NCBI GenBank assembly: GCA_905234985.1
Contig: CAJOJQ010000032.1
Location: 9,915-73,914, forward strand
Direction of reading: 5' to 3'
Length of the DNA stretch: 64,000 bases
Source of the DNA: an uncultured Christensenellaceae bacterium
GTDB lineage: Bacteria; Bacillota; Clostridia; Christensenellales; Aristaeellaceae
A program made the position numbers and the translations under genes. The first letter of the stretch is position 1, and each line of letters begins with the position of its first letter. The notes below the pieces were generated by a model. The model did no database searches. It saw only the letters and a list, made by a program, of their open reading frames with translations, and was not told where the DNA came from. Below are positions 9,260-17,481 of this stretch, in pieces.

Positions 9260-9922
9260 ATGACGGTGAAAAGGAAACGGGTGGCGCTATTGCTTTCACT
9301 GCTTTGCCTGACGGTGTGGACGGGGGCGGCCAGCGCCGCCGTGGCCTGGGGCGACCGGGGGGCGGACGTGACGAAGATCCAGCAGCGCCTGCGGCAATAC
9401 GGCTACATGGACGCTCCGGCGGACGGCATTTACGGCCAGGCCACCTATGAGGCGGTGGTGTGGTTTCAGCGGAAAAACGGTCTGAAAGCCGACGGGGTGG
9501 TGGGGCCTGCCACGGCGGCGGCATTGGGCGTCACCCTGAACGGCGGCAGCGCGGCAGCCGCCAGCGCCAGCGACAGCGAAATCTATACTCTGGCCCGGCT
9601 GGTTCACGCCGAGGCCCGGGGCGAACCCTATTTGGGCAAGGTGGCGGTGGCGGCGGTGGTGCTGAACCGGGTGCGCTCCGCTTCCTTCCCCAACACCATC
9701 AGCGGGGTGATTTACCAGGCCGGGGCCTTTGACTGCGTGGCGGACGGCCAAATCAATTTGGCCCCGGACAATGATTCCCTCCGCGCCGCCCGGGACGCCA
9801 TGAACGGCTGGGACCCCACCGGCGGATGCGTGTATTACTACAACCCCGCCACCGCCACCAGCGCCTGGATCTGGAGCCGGGAGGTCAGATTGAGCATTGG
9901 GGCGCATAGCTTTGCCGTATGA
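9260..9922 (+). CDS. sleB: Spore cortex-lytic enzyme SleB (PG-binding domain plus Hydrolase_2 domain)
   Basis: Signal peptide, PG-binding repeat, then ARLVHAEARGEPYxGKVAVAAVVLNRV...VIYQxGAF motifs. Confidence 0.88.
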   Translation: MTVKRKRVALLLSLLCLTVWTGAASAAVAWGDRGADVTKIQQRLRQYGYMDAPADGIYGQATYEAVVWFQRKNGLKADGVVGPATAAALGVTLNGGSAAAASASDSEIYTLARLVHAEARGEPYLGKVAVAAVVLNRVRSASFPNTISGVIYQAGAFDCVADGQINLAPDNDSLRAARDAMNGWDPTGGCVYYYNPATATSAWIWSREVRLSIGAHSFAV

Positions 9923-9930
9923 CACATTAA

Positions 9931-10054
9931 GCAGGTAGGAGGTAGGAAGTAGGAGGTAGGAGGTTTATTTTGCTCAAAAGTCCAAGCAAGGTGCCGGGTT
10001 CCTTTGGTAGACTATATAAAACTTCCTACCTCCTACCTCCTACTTCCTACCTGC
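9931..10054. repeat. Heptad-armed long hairpin element, GTAGGAG family (copy H1)
   Basis: Left arm gcaGGTAGGAGGTAGGAAGTAGGAGGTAGGAGGT; right arm is its near-complement. About 56-nt loop ending in GACTATATAAAA. Confidence 0.85.
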
Positions 10055-10086
10055 TATAAATCATCAGTTATTACGAGGTGCATCCT

Positions 10087-11382
10087 ATGGCAAAAAGCCG
10101 TTTTTCCTTGGGCGTTTTCGCCCTGCTTTTAGCGTTGGCGGCGGTGTCCGGGCTGGCGTTCCGGTTCAAGGGCGAGCGGGACGGGTACGCGGCGCGTCTG
10201 CGGGAGGTATACGACGGGACGGTGCTTTCGGCCCTTAGGCAGATGGAAGATATGGAATTGGCCTTAGGCAAGGCCTTGCTGTCCCAGGCCGACGGGGCGG
10301 AAAACCAATACCTGAATCAGGTGAGCGCCGGGGCGGCCCAGGTGCAGCGCAGTTTGTCCCTGCTGCCCCTGTCCCACACCGCCACCCAGCGGGCCATGAA
10401 GTTCGCCAATCAGGCGGCGGATTACAGCGGCGCGCTGCTCCGGGCGGGGGAAATCACCCCGGAGGACGCGGCGAAGCTGAACAGCCTCCTGTCCGCATGC
10501 CGGGAATACGCTTCCGCCCTTGCCCAGAGCCGGGAAAGCCTGACGGCCCAGGCCAGCGCGGGGACCGCCGCCTTTTATCCCGTGGGCAGCGAACCGGAAG
10601 CCCCGGCCTATGACAGCGCCGTGAGCTACCCCACCTTGATTTACGACGGGCCTTTTTCCGACGCCCGGCAGACCGGCCAGGCCCTGGCCTTGGGCACCAA
10701 GGTGATCTCCCAGGAGGAGGCTATGACCATCGCCCGGGATTTCGTGGGCGACCGGGTGAAGCGGGCCGCGCCGGGGGCGTCCACCGGCGGCAGCATCCCC
10801 TGCTGGGGCGTGACGCTGGATTTGGGCGACGTGACCCTCCAGGCCGCCGTGACCCGGCAGGGCGGCAAAATTCTGTGGATGGCCCCGGACGCGGCGGATT
10901 TCCCCGTGGAAAAGAGCGTGGAGGAATGCAGGGAAAACGCCCTGCTGTTCCTGGAAGCCCGGGGCTTTCAAAGCATGAAAGCCACCTACTTCCAGGTATA
11001 TCAGGGCGTTGCGGTGATTTCCTTCGCCGCCTCCCAGGGCGATACGCTGCTGTACCCCGATCTCATCAAGGTGCAGCTGCGCATGGACACCGCCCAGGTG
11101 GTGGGCGTCGAGGCCCGGAATTACTGGCAGAACCATGCCGCCCGGGGGCTGCTGGCCCCCACCCTCACCGAGGAGGAGGCGAGAAGCCGCGTGGGCCAGC
11201 GCTTGAACGTGCAGTCCGGTCAGCTGTGCCTGATCCCCACGGAAAGCGGCGAAAGGCTGTGCTACGAGTTCAAGGGCGAGTTCGGCGGCCACACCTATCT
11301 GAGCTACATCAGCGCCCTGGACGGAAAACAGGAGGAGCTGTTAAAAGTGGTGGAAAGCGATACGGGGCTGGAAACAGTGTAA
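10087..11382 (+). CDS. ypeB: Germination protein YpeB (PepSY domains)
   Basis: Directly follows sleB. N-terminal TM segment. ATG at 10087 preceded by GAGGTG. Length and position are typical of YpeB. Confidence 0.82.
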   Translation: MAKSRFSLGVFALLLALAAVSGLAFRFKGERDGYAARLREVYDGTVLSALRQMEDMELALGKALLSQADGAENQYLNQVSAGAAQVQRSLSLLPLSHTATQRAMKFANQAADYSGALLRAGEITPEDAAKLNSLLSACREYASALAQSRESLTAQASAGTAAFYPVGSEPEAPAYDSAVSYPTLIYDGPFSDARQTGQALALGTKVISQEEAMTIARDFVGDRVKRAAPGASTGGSIPCWGVTLDLGDVTLQAAVTRQGGKILWMAPDAADFPVEKSVEECRENALLFLEARGFQSMKATYFQVYQGVAVISFAASQGDTLLYPDLIKVQLRMDTAQVVGVEARNYWQNHAARGLLAPTLTEEEARSRVGQRLNVQSGQLCLIPTESGERLCYEFKGEFGGHTYLSYISALDGKQEELLKVVESDTGLETV

Positions 11383-11384
11383 AT

Positions 11385-11423
11385 GAACAAAGCCGGAGAG
11401 CGTCGCGCTCTCCGGCTTTGTTC
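11385..11423. terminator. Bidirectional intrinsic terminator
   Basis: GAACAAAGCCGGAGAGCG-TCGC-GCTCTCCGGCTTTGTTC between convergent ypeB and 11433..11816. Confidence 0.75.
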
Positions 11424-11432
11424 ATTGATCTG

Positions 11433-11816
11433 TTATTCTTCCGCCCCGTAGGTGCACAGGCTGCCGAAATCGAAATCGGCGATGTTCATGATTTCCACGC
11501 CGCCCTCTAAGTTTTCATACAGGAATACCACCTTCCAGGCGGGCTGAGCGCCGGGATATACCACCGTGGTCTGGCACAGGATGGCGTGATTGGTACCGGC
11601 TACCACCTGGGAACCCAAGTAAGCCACGGGCACGTAATTCACGCCCACCAGGCCTTCCATGGCCTTGTCAAACAGGGCGCGCACATCTTCCGTAATCGCG
11701 GCGTCTTCGGCAGCCGTCCAGCCGCCCATCAAAGGAGTTTCCGCCAGGGCGCAGCCCATCGTCAGAGAGGATGCCAGGATCATTACGGTAAGCATCAAAG
11801 CGAAAATCTTCTTCAT
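11433..11816 (-). CDS. Lipoprotein with stefin/cystatin-like domain (QVVAG motif)
   Basis: Lipobox LTMGC. ...YLGSQVVAGTNHAIL... and PAW further on parallel the cystatin QxVxG and PW motifs. Confidence 0.6.
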   Translation of the reverse strand: MKKIFALMLTVMILASSLTMGCALAETPLMGGWTAAEDAAITEDVRALFDKAMEGLVGVNYVPVAYLGSQVVAGTNHAILCQTTVVYPGAQPAWKVVFLYENLEGGVEIMNIADFDFGSLCTYGAEE

Positions 11817-11975
11817 TTGTTTCTCTTCTTTCCGCGCGCAGGCGCTTTTTCTCGTGGCCTATCGGTCACATTCTATTATACGCATAAAAACCAAAAATGT
11901 TCCATGTTTTTAAAAATTTTTTCACGCTTCGACAAAAAGAGACGCCGGGGCTTCGCGGCTCCGGCGTCTCTCGTT

Positions 11976-14219
11976 TTACTGATTGTGATTCCGGACTTTC
12001 ATGATGACCAGAATCGCCGCGATCAGGGCCGCGGCGCAGACGGCCACCTGGATCCACAGGCCGGTTTGATCCGCCTGCTGTTCAAAGCCGCCGGGGAAGG
12101 ACATACCGCCGGGCATATTGCCGGGCATGCCGCCCTCTCTGGAGAAGCCGCCCCGGCTTTCCCGGGAGGGCTTTTCCGTGGCGTTTTCGGCTGCCGCCGA
12201 TTCCTCGGGCTGGGCCGTGGCGCTGTCGGTGGGCACAGTTTGGTCAGGCTGAGCTGTGGCGTCGGCGTCCGCGCCCGTTGGGGCGGCGCTGCTGCCCGGC
12301 ATGGAACCCGGAGAGAAGGAACCCCTGTCCGGCATGCCCTCGGGCTTGGTAAAGCTGCCGCCGCCCGGCATGGTGAAACCGCCGCCGCTGCTGTCGCCGC
12401 TGTCGGGTCTGGAGAACCCGCCGCTGCCGCCGCCACCGGGCATCGTCATGCCGCCGCCGTTTGTGCTGTTCATGCTGCCCATATCCGCCGTGGAAATTTC
12501 ACTGGCGTCGATGAGAGCGCTGCTGCTGCGCTGTTCGCTGCTGGTGGAGGGAATGGTCCCGTCCAGCTGGCCCCGAACGCTTTCGCCGCGCTTTGCGCAG
12601 AAGGTTTGCAGCGTTTCGATGGCCTTGTTGAATTCATCCATGGTGTAGAAGGCCGAAGGGTCGTTTTCCACGTAGGAAGAGATCATGGCCTGCACCCGGG
12701 CAATTTCGCTTTCCAGCCAGCCGCTTTCGACGCATTCCGCAATGAATCGGCTGTAAGTTTCGTGGTACTGGGCCAGGGCGTCTTCGTCGCTGAAGATCCA
12801 GGCGATCAGGGGCCGGGAGCCGGTGGTGCCGCTGCTCACGGGAGAATCAATGGGAGAGTTCACCGTGGACGTGGCGCTGGAGGAAGCGGAGAAGCCGCCG
12901 AAGGCTAAATTGTAGTCCCAGGGCAGGATGGACAGCTTGCCGTCTTCCTCGTACAGGTAATAGTTATGCACCATCATGCCGGTATAGCTGTCGTCGTTGC
13001 ACAGGAAGTTGTGTACCGCCAAATAGGTGATGACCTCGTCCTTGTTGACCACGCTGTCCAGGTCTTCCTGGGCGTTCAGCTTGCGGATGGACTCGATCAG
13101 GCGGGCCTTGTCCTTCTTGCTCACGTCGGTCTTGGCGTTGTTGAAGATGTTGGAATAGCTGTCGAAATCGTCGTCGGTATAGACCAGCTTCACGTCGTCG
13201 CTGCCCATGCCGAAGTTGAACCCGCCGAAGCCGCCGCCCCCGCCGCTGAACAGGCTGCTGGGGTCAAAATCGCCGCTGGGGGCTTCGCCCATTTCGGGCA
13301 TGTTCTCCGGCATGGTGAACCCCTCACCGCCGCCGGGGAAGGAGAAATTCCCGCCGGACATATCAGGAAAACTCATGCCGCTGGGCATTTGGGGCCTGGA
13401 CCCGCTGTCCGAACCGCTTCCGGGCATGCCGGGGAAATTGCCGAAGGACATGCCGCCCGTTTGACTGGGCGCGGTCGTGGCTTCGGGCGCGGCGGTAGCT
13501 TCCGTTTCCAGCGCGGCGGTGGCGCTTTCCCCGGTTTCCTCGTCGTCCTTCACCCGGAACTGCTCCATATCGAAATCCCGGCCATTGCCGCGGCCGCCGC
13601 CGAAGCTCAGGCTGTCGGGCTTGTACAGCTCGCCCTTAGTCATCCCATTGCGTTCCATGAAGGCGTCTTCCAGGCCCTCCACCGCAAGGTACAGGCCCCA
13701 GGACTCGCCGTTGACGCTGATCTGCACATAGCTGCACAGGGAGGAGGGCACGCCCATTTTGTTCATCAGGGTGTAGGCTAAATAGTCCTTCATCATGGTG
13801 GCGTCCTGGATCATGTTGTTCAGGCTCAGCTTATCCAGGCCGTGGTAGGTCATGCCCTCCACGTAGTGGTCAAATTCCACCTTGAAGGAATACCGTTCAG
13901 AGTTCAGGGTCGCCACGGAGGACAGGGAGGTGTTGCCCTTGGCGCGGATGGCCACGTGGTTATACTTTTCCCCGTCGATGGTGATGTTGCAGTCCACATA
14001 TTCCTCGGCTGTGGCATTGGCGATGAATTCGTCCCAGCCGTCCATGGTGATGTCAATGGTATGCACGACGCTCTGATCGAACAGGAGGCTTTCGTACCCC
14101 ACGGTATGGCTGCCGTCCCCGCGCACAGATTCCACCACGCCCCACAGCGCCAGCGACAGCACCAGCATCAGCGCCGTAGCCGCGCAGCAGACGCGGTCCA
14201 TGGTTTTCGTTTTCAGCAT
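11976..14219 (-). CDS. CotH-family protein (spore-coat kinase-like) with long low-complexity G/S/P/M-rich C-terminal half and C-terminal TM anchor
   Basis: N-terminal half matches the CotH signature (...RAKGNTSL...YSFKVEFDHY...LSLNNMIQDATMMKDYLAY...). The ATG at 14219 has GGGGTG upstream. The track start is a GTG at 14228. Confidence 0.82.
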   Translation of the reverse strand: MLKTKTMDRVCCAATALMLVLSLALWGVVESVRGDGSHTVGYESLLFDQSVVHTIDITMDGWDEFIANATAEEYVDCNITIDGEKYNHVAIRAKGNTSLSSVATLNSERYSFKVEFDHYVEGMTYHGLDKLSLNNMIQDATMMKDYLAYTLMNKMGVPSSLCSYVQISVNGESWGLYLAVEGLEDAFMERNGMTKGELYKPDSLSFGGGRGNGRDFDMEQFRVKDDEETGESATAALETEATAAPEATTAPSQTGGMSFGNFPGMPGSGSDSGSRPQMPSGMSFPDMSGGNFSFPGGGEGFTMPENMPEMGEAPSGDFDPSSLFSGGGGGFGGFNFGMGSDDVKLVYTDDDFDSYSNIFNNAKTDVSKKDKARLIESIRKLNAQEDLDSVVNKDEVITYLAVHNFLCNDDSYTGMMVHNYYLYEEDGKLSILPWDYNLAFGGFSASSSATSTVNSPIDSPVSSGTTGSRPLIAWIFSDEDALAQYHETYSRFIAECVESGWLESEIARVQAMISSYVENDPSAFYTMDEFNKAIETLQTFCAKRGESVRGQLDGTIPSTSSEQRSSSALIDASEISTADMGSMNSTNGGGMTMPGGGGSGGFSRPDSGDSSGGGFTMPGGGSFTKPEGMPDRGSFSPGSMPGSSAAPTGADADATAQPDQTVPTDSATAQPEESAAAENATEKPSRESRGGFSREGGMPGNMPGGMSFPGGFEQQADQTGLWIQVAVCAAALIAAILVIMKVRNHNQ

Positions 14220-14224
14220 GGGAA

Positions 14225-14896
14225 TCACCCCATATAATCGCCGTTGTAGCTTACCAGCACTGCGCTGCTGACGCCCTCCATCTGGGACAGCTCGGTCACG
14301 AAAGCGGTGTCGTTATTTTTCAGCGTCACTTCGTAGCTCAGTTCGATGTTGCCCGCCTGAGCGCTCTTGCTCTTGACCACGGTCTTGCCGGTGTGGGCGG
14401 TCAGGTACTCGGCCACTTTCTTTTCAGCCGCGCCGTCCGCGCAGTTGATGACGGCGATGAAGGGCTTCTGGATGGCTTTGCGGTTGCAGAACACGATCAT
14501 GATGAGGCCGATGATGATGCTGCCCACGATGGCCAACGGGATCATACCGGCGGCCAGCACGATGCCGCCCGCGATGGACCAGAACAGGAACGCGATGTCC
14601 ATGGGTTCTTTAATGGCGGTACGGAAGCGGACAATGGACAGGGCGCCCACCATGCCCAGGGACAGCACCACGTTGGAGGTGACGGCCAGAATCACCATGG
14701 TGGTGATCATGGTCATGGCGATCAAAGCGCCGCCAAAGGCCCGGGAGAACATGACGCCGGAATAGGTCTTCTTGTACACGAAGTAGATGAACAGGCCCAA
14801 ACAGAAGGACAGCACCAGGGCCAGGGCCATATCGGTGAGGGAAACGGCGGTCACGTTTTCCAGGAACGAGGACTTGAAGATGTCATTGAAGGTCAT
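14225..14896 (-). CDS. DUF4956-like membrane protein
   Basis: 223 aa with 4-5 TM segments. Conserved position between the VTC-domain and CotH genes. Confidence 0.75.
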   Translation of the reverse strand: MTFNDIFKSSFLENVTAVSLTDMALALVLSFCLGLFIYFVYKKTYSGVMFSRAFGGALIAMTMITTMVILAVTSNVVLSLGMVGALSIVRFRTAIKEPMDIAFLFWSIAGGIVLAAGMIPLAIVGSIIIGLIMIVFCNRKAIQKPFIAVINCADGAAEKKVAEYLTAHTGKTVVKSKSAQAGNIELSYEVTLKNNDTAFVTELSQMEGVSSAVLVSYNGDYMG

Positions 14897-14956
14897 GGCT
14901 TCATTCTCCTATCTTTTTATGATTTCTTTCTATATAATATTGGGAACACTTTAGGT

Positions 14957-15066
14957 CAGGTAGGAAGTAGGAGGTAGGAGGTAGGAAGTATATATAGTCC
15001 ATAAAGAGATGAACCCATGCTTCTTGATGAACATGATAAAACCTCCTACTTCCTGCCTCCTACCTG
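14957..15066. repeat. Heptad-armed long hairpin element, GTAGGAG family (copy H2; loop inverted relative to H1)
   Basis: Arms cAGGTAGGAAGTAGGAGGTAGGAGGTAGGAAGT / ACCTCCTACTTCCTGCCTCCTACCTG. Loop begins with TATATATAGTCC, the reverse complement of the shared motif. Confidence 0.85.
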
Positions 15067-15102
15067 CCGTAAAACGACCTTTGGCGCTAAGGCTGGACTT
15101 TT

Positions 15103-15774
15103 TCAGCAGTACACCCTGCACGCCGCGTATTTGGAAAACGCCGTGGGGGTGCGGCCTTTGAGCGCCGCGGCTTGCCGGATGATGGTGGGCAGATATTCGT
15201 CCCACTTGACCTCCAGCAGGGTCACGTCGTCCTCGATGGGCAGGGTCAGGCCCTTGGGGTCCAGGAAATCCCGAGGCGCGCCGGTGCGGATGTCCCAGTC
15301 GATGGTGACGCGCACATTGCCGGGGCCGTATACGAAGGGCACCCGCCGGTACTGCACCACAGTCTTGGGCTGCAAATGGCGCACCTTCATATCCACATAC
15401 AGGGCGACCAGCAGGGGCTTGCCGCTGGCCACCATCCAGCCGATATCGCCCTGGATGATGCGCTGGGTTTCCTCCAGGGTCAGGCGTTCCTGGGGCTTGC
15501 AGCCCACGCCATCCCGCTTCATCTTGCACTCCAGCATTATATAGGAAAGATCGTCGTTGTAATACCGGATGCGGAACTTCCGGCGCTCGTTCACGCCGTC
15601 TAACTTTTCATGCAGGGCCGTATCCAACGGATCGTCAAAGTACAGGCTGCGGATGCAGTAATGGCCGCGTTCCCGGGCGTGGGAATCCAGCTTCGCCACC
15701 GCGGTCAAATTGGCGCGAATGGCCGCCGCGTCCCCAGGGGAAATCATGTGCTTGATTTCATGCCGGTAATCCAT
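15103..15774 (-). CDS. VTC-domain protein (polyphosphate-polymerase-like domain)
   Basis: Start moved to the ATG at 15774 with GGAGG upstream. MDYRHEIKH... N-terminus and its position upstream of DUF4956/CotH. Confidence 0.78.
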   Translation of the reverse strand: MDYRHEIKHMISPGDAAAIRANLTAVAKLDSHARERGHYCIRSLYFDDPLDTALHEKLDGVNERRKFRIRYYNDDLSYIMLECKMKRDGVGCKPQERLTLEETQRIIQGDIGWMVASGKPLLVALYVDMKVRHLQPKTVVQYRRVPFVYGPGNVRVTIDWDIRTGAPRDFLDPKGLTLPIEDDVTLLEVKWDEYLPTIIRQAAALKGRTPTAFSKYAACRVYC

Positions 15775-15883
15775 GGTTCTTACCTCCTTTCCCGAGCATG
15801 GCCCCATGATAGACGCGGAACCTTAGACGAGTCTTAAGAAACGAACAAATTTGAAATATTTTTGGTTCAACGAAAAAGTGAAT

Positions 15884-15924
15884 GGGGGAAACCGCTCTTT
15901 GGATGCCAAAGAACGGTTTCCCCC
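15884..15924. repeat. REP-like hairpin GGGGGAAACCNNTCTTTGG / CCAAAGANNGGTTTCCCCC (full copy)
   Basis: 19-bp arms and a 3-nt loop. A second full copy lies at 45317..45357 with similar flanks in the opposite orientation. Confidence 0.8.
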
Positions 15925-15965
15925 ACACCCCTTTCCGAGAAAGCAACAAAGGAATCCGTTAAAAA

Positions 15966-16043
15966 AGAGTTCAGCGTTCAGATGATATAGCCAACTTGAC
16001 GGACTATATTCATCTCAACGCTCAACTATCCACTCTGAACTTT
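15966..16043. repeat. Heptad-armed hairpin element, GAGTTGA family (degenerate copy H3)
   Basis: Arms AGAGTTCAGCGTTCAGATGA / TCATCTCAACGCTCAACTATCCACTCTGAACT. Loop contains GGACTATATTC. Confidence 0.6.
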
Positions 16044-16049
16044 GTTTTC

Positions 16050-16886
16050 TTAAAAACCCACGATCAGCCCGTGGCGTTCGGCGTAGAAGCTGTCCAGACC
16101 CCGGGTGGGCAGGACGTCGATGACCGCCTGGGGGAACGCGGCAAGCAGCGCGTCCTTAAGCTGCCCCGCCGCTTCCTCGTTCTGGCAATGGGAAATGACG
16201 ATTTCCTTCCCCGCCAGACCGATTTTTTTGATCTCCTCCGCCATGACGCGGATCATGTTCTTCTGGCCCCGGGCCTTGCCGCGCATGGCGATTTCGCCCT
16301 GCTCGTCGCCGACGCCGATGCCCCAGAAGCCCAAATGCCCGGCCAGCAGGCCCACCAGACGGTTCACCCGCCCGTTCTTCATCAGATTGTGATAGGAGGC
16401 CAGGGCAAAAATGATGTGGGTTTTTTCCGCCGTTTCATTCAACTTTTTGACGATCTGGTCGAAGGCCGCGCCGCTTTTGATCAGCTCGCAGGCTTTGCGG
16501 ATGATCAGCACCGTTTCCGGGCCGGTGGCCTTGGTGTCGATCACGGCGATTTTTTTGTCCGGCTCGTCTTCCTGGATCATCTTTTGGGCCGTACACGCGC
16601 TGTTATAGCTGCCGGACAGATTGCTGGAAATGGTAAAGGCCAGCACGTTTCCCTGGGGCGCGAATTTCTCCGCCCAGTCCTGGGGGCCGGGGCAGGCCGT
16701 GCGTCCTGCTTCCCGGCTGTTTTCATTGGCCGTCAGCATTTTATCAACGGAAATATCCGGGGTATCAATATATTCGTTTTCGCCGATGCGGATGGAAAAA
16801 GGAACGGCGGCAAAATCCGTGTCCGGTGTTTCCACAGGCAGGTCGAATAAATCACAGCTGGTGTCCGCCACAATGTGCCAGTTCAT
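16050..16886 (-). CDS. DegV-family fatty-acid-binding protein
   Basis: MNWHIVADTSCDL... and overall length about 278 aa. ATG at 16886. Confidence 0.85.
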   Translation of the reverse strand: MNWHIVADTSCDLFDLPVETPDTDFAAVPFSIRIGENEYIDTPDISVDKMLTANENSREAGRTACPGPQDWAEKFAPQGNVLAFTISSNLSGSYNSACTAQKMIQEDEPDKKIAVIDTKATGPETVLIIRKACELIKSGAAFDQIVKKLNETAEKTHIIFALASYHNLMKNGRVNRLVGLLAGHLGFWGIGVGDEQGEIAMRGKARGQKNMIRVMAEEIKKIGLAGKEIVISHCQNEEAAGQLKDALLAAFPQAVIDVLPTRGLDSFYAERHGLIVGF

Positions 16887-17049
16887 AAAGCAAATCTCCC
16901 TTCGCTGATGGCTCGCGGACATTATACAATAAATGGATATTCATTGCAAGGCGGGAAACGCCGGAAATACGGCGGAAATAGGGCGAAGAAATCGCTTTGC
17001 AAAGCCCCGCGATCATGCTACAATAGCATCAGCTTTTCAGAAGGGCGGT

Positions 17050-17481
17050 ATGATTATGAACAATTTGGAACGGTCCTGCGGCGCTATCGTGTTTACCCGG
17101 AAGGAGGGCCGGCCCCTTTTCGTGATCGTGCGGGAAATGGCGGGGGCGTACAGCTTCCCCAAGGGGCACATGGAGGGAAACGAAACGGAAGAAGAAACAG
17201 CCCGCCGGGAAATCTTTGAGGAAACCGGCCTGCGTCCCCGGTTCCTGCCCGGCTTCACGCAGCAGGACGAATATGACTTAGCCGAAAGGCCCGGGTTCCG
17301 CAAGCGCGTCACCTATTTCCTGGCGGAATTTGAGGGCGGGACTCTCGCACCCCGTCCCGGCGAGATCCGGGAGATCCTGCTGCTGCCCTACGAGCAGGCC
17401 CTGACTTATTTCGAGCATGAAAGCACCCGGCGCATCCTGGCCGCGGCTAATGATTTTCTGACTGTGGTTCACCCCGTATAA
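17050..17481 (+). CDS. NUDIX hydrolase
   Basis: Nudix box GHMEGNETEEETARREIFEETGL. Confidence 0.85.
   Translation: MIMNNLERSCGAIVFTRKEGRPLFVIVREMAGAYSFPKGHMEGNETEEETARREIFEETGLRPRFLPGFTQQDEYDLAERPGFRKRVTYFLAEFEGGTLAPRPGEIREILLLPYEQALTYFEHESTRRILAAANDFLTVVHPV

Noticed and set aside
9931-10054. The heptad arrays looked superficially like short CRISPR or tandem-repeat arrays.
   Set aside because: The units are 7 nt with no spacers, and each array is matched by a complementary array about 50 nt away. They are hairpin arms, not CRISPR. No cas genes are present in the window.
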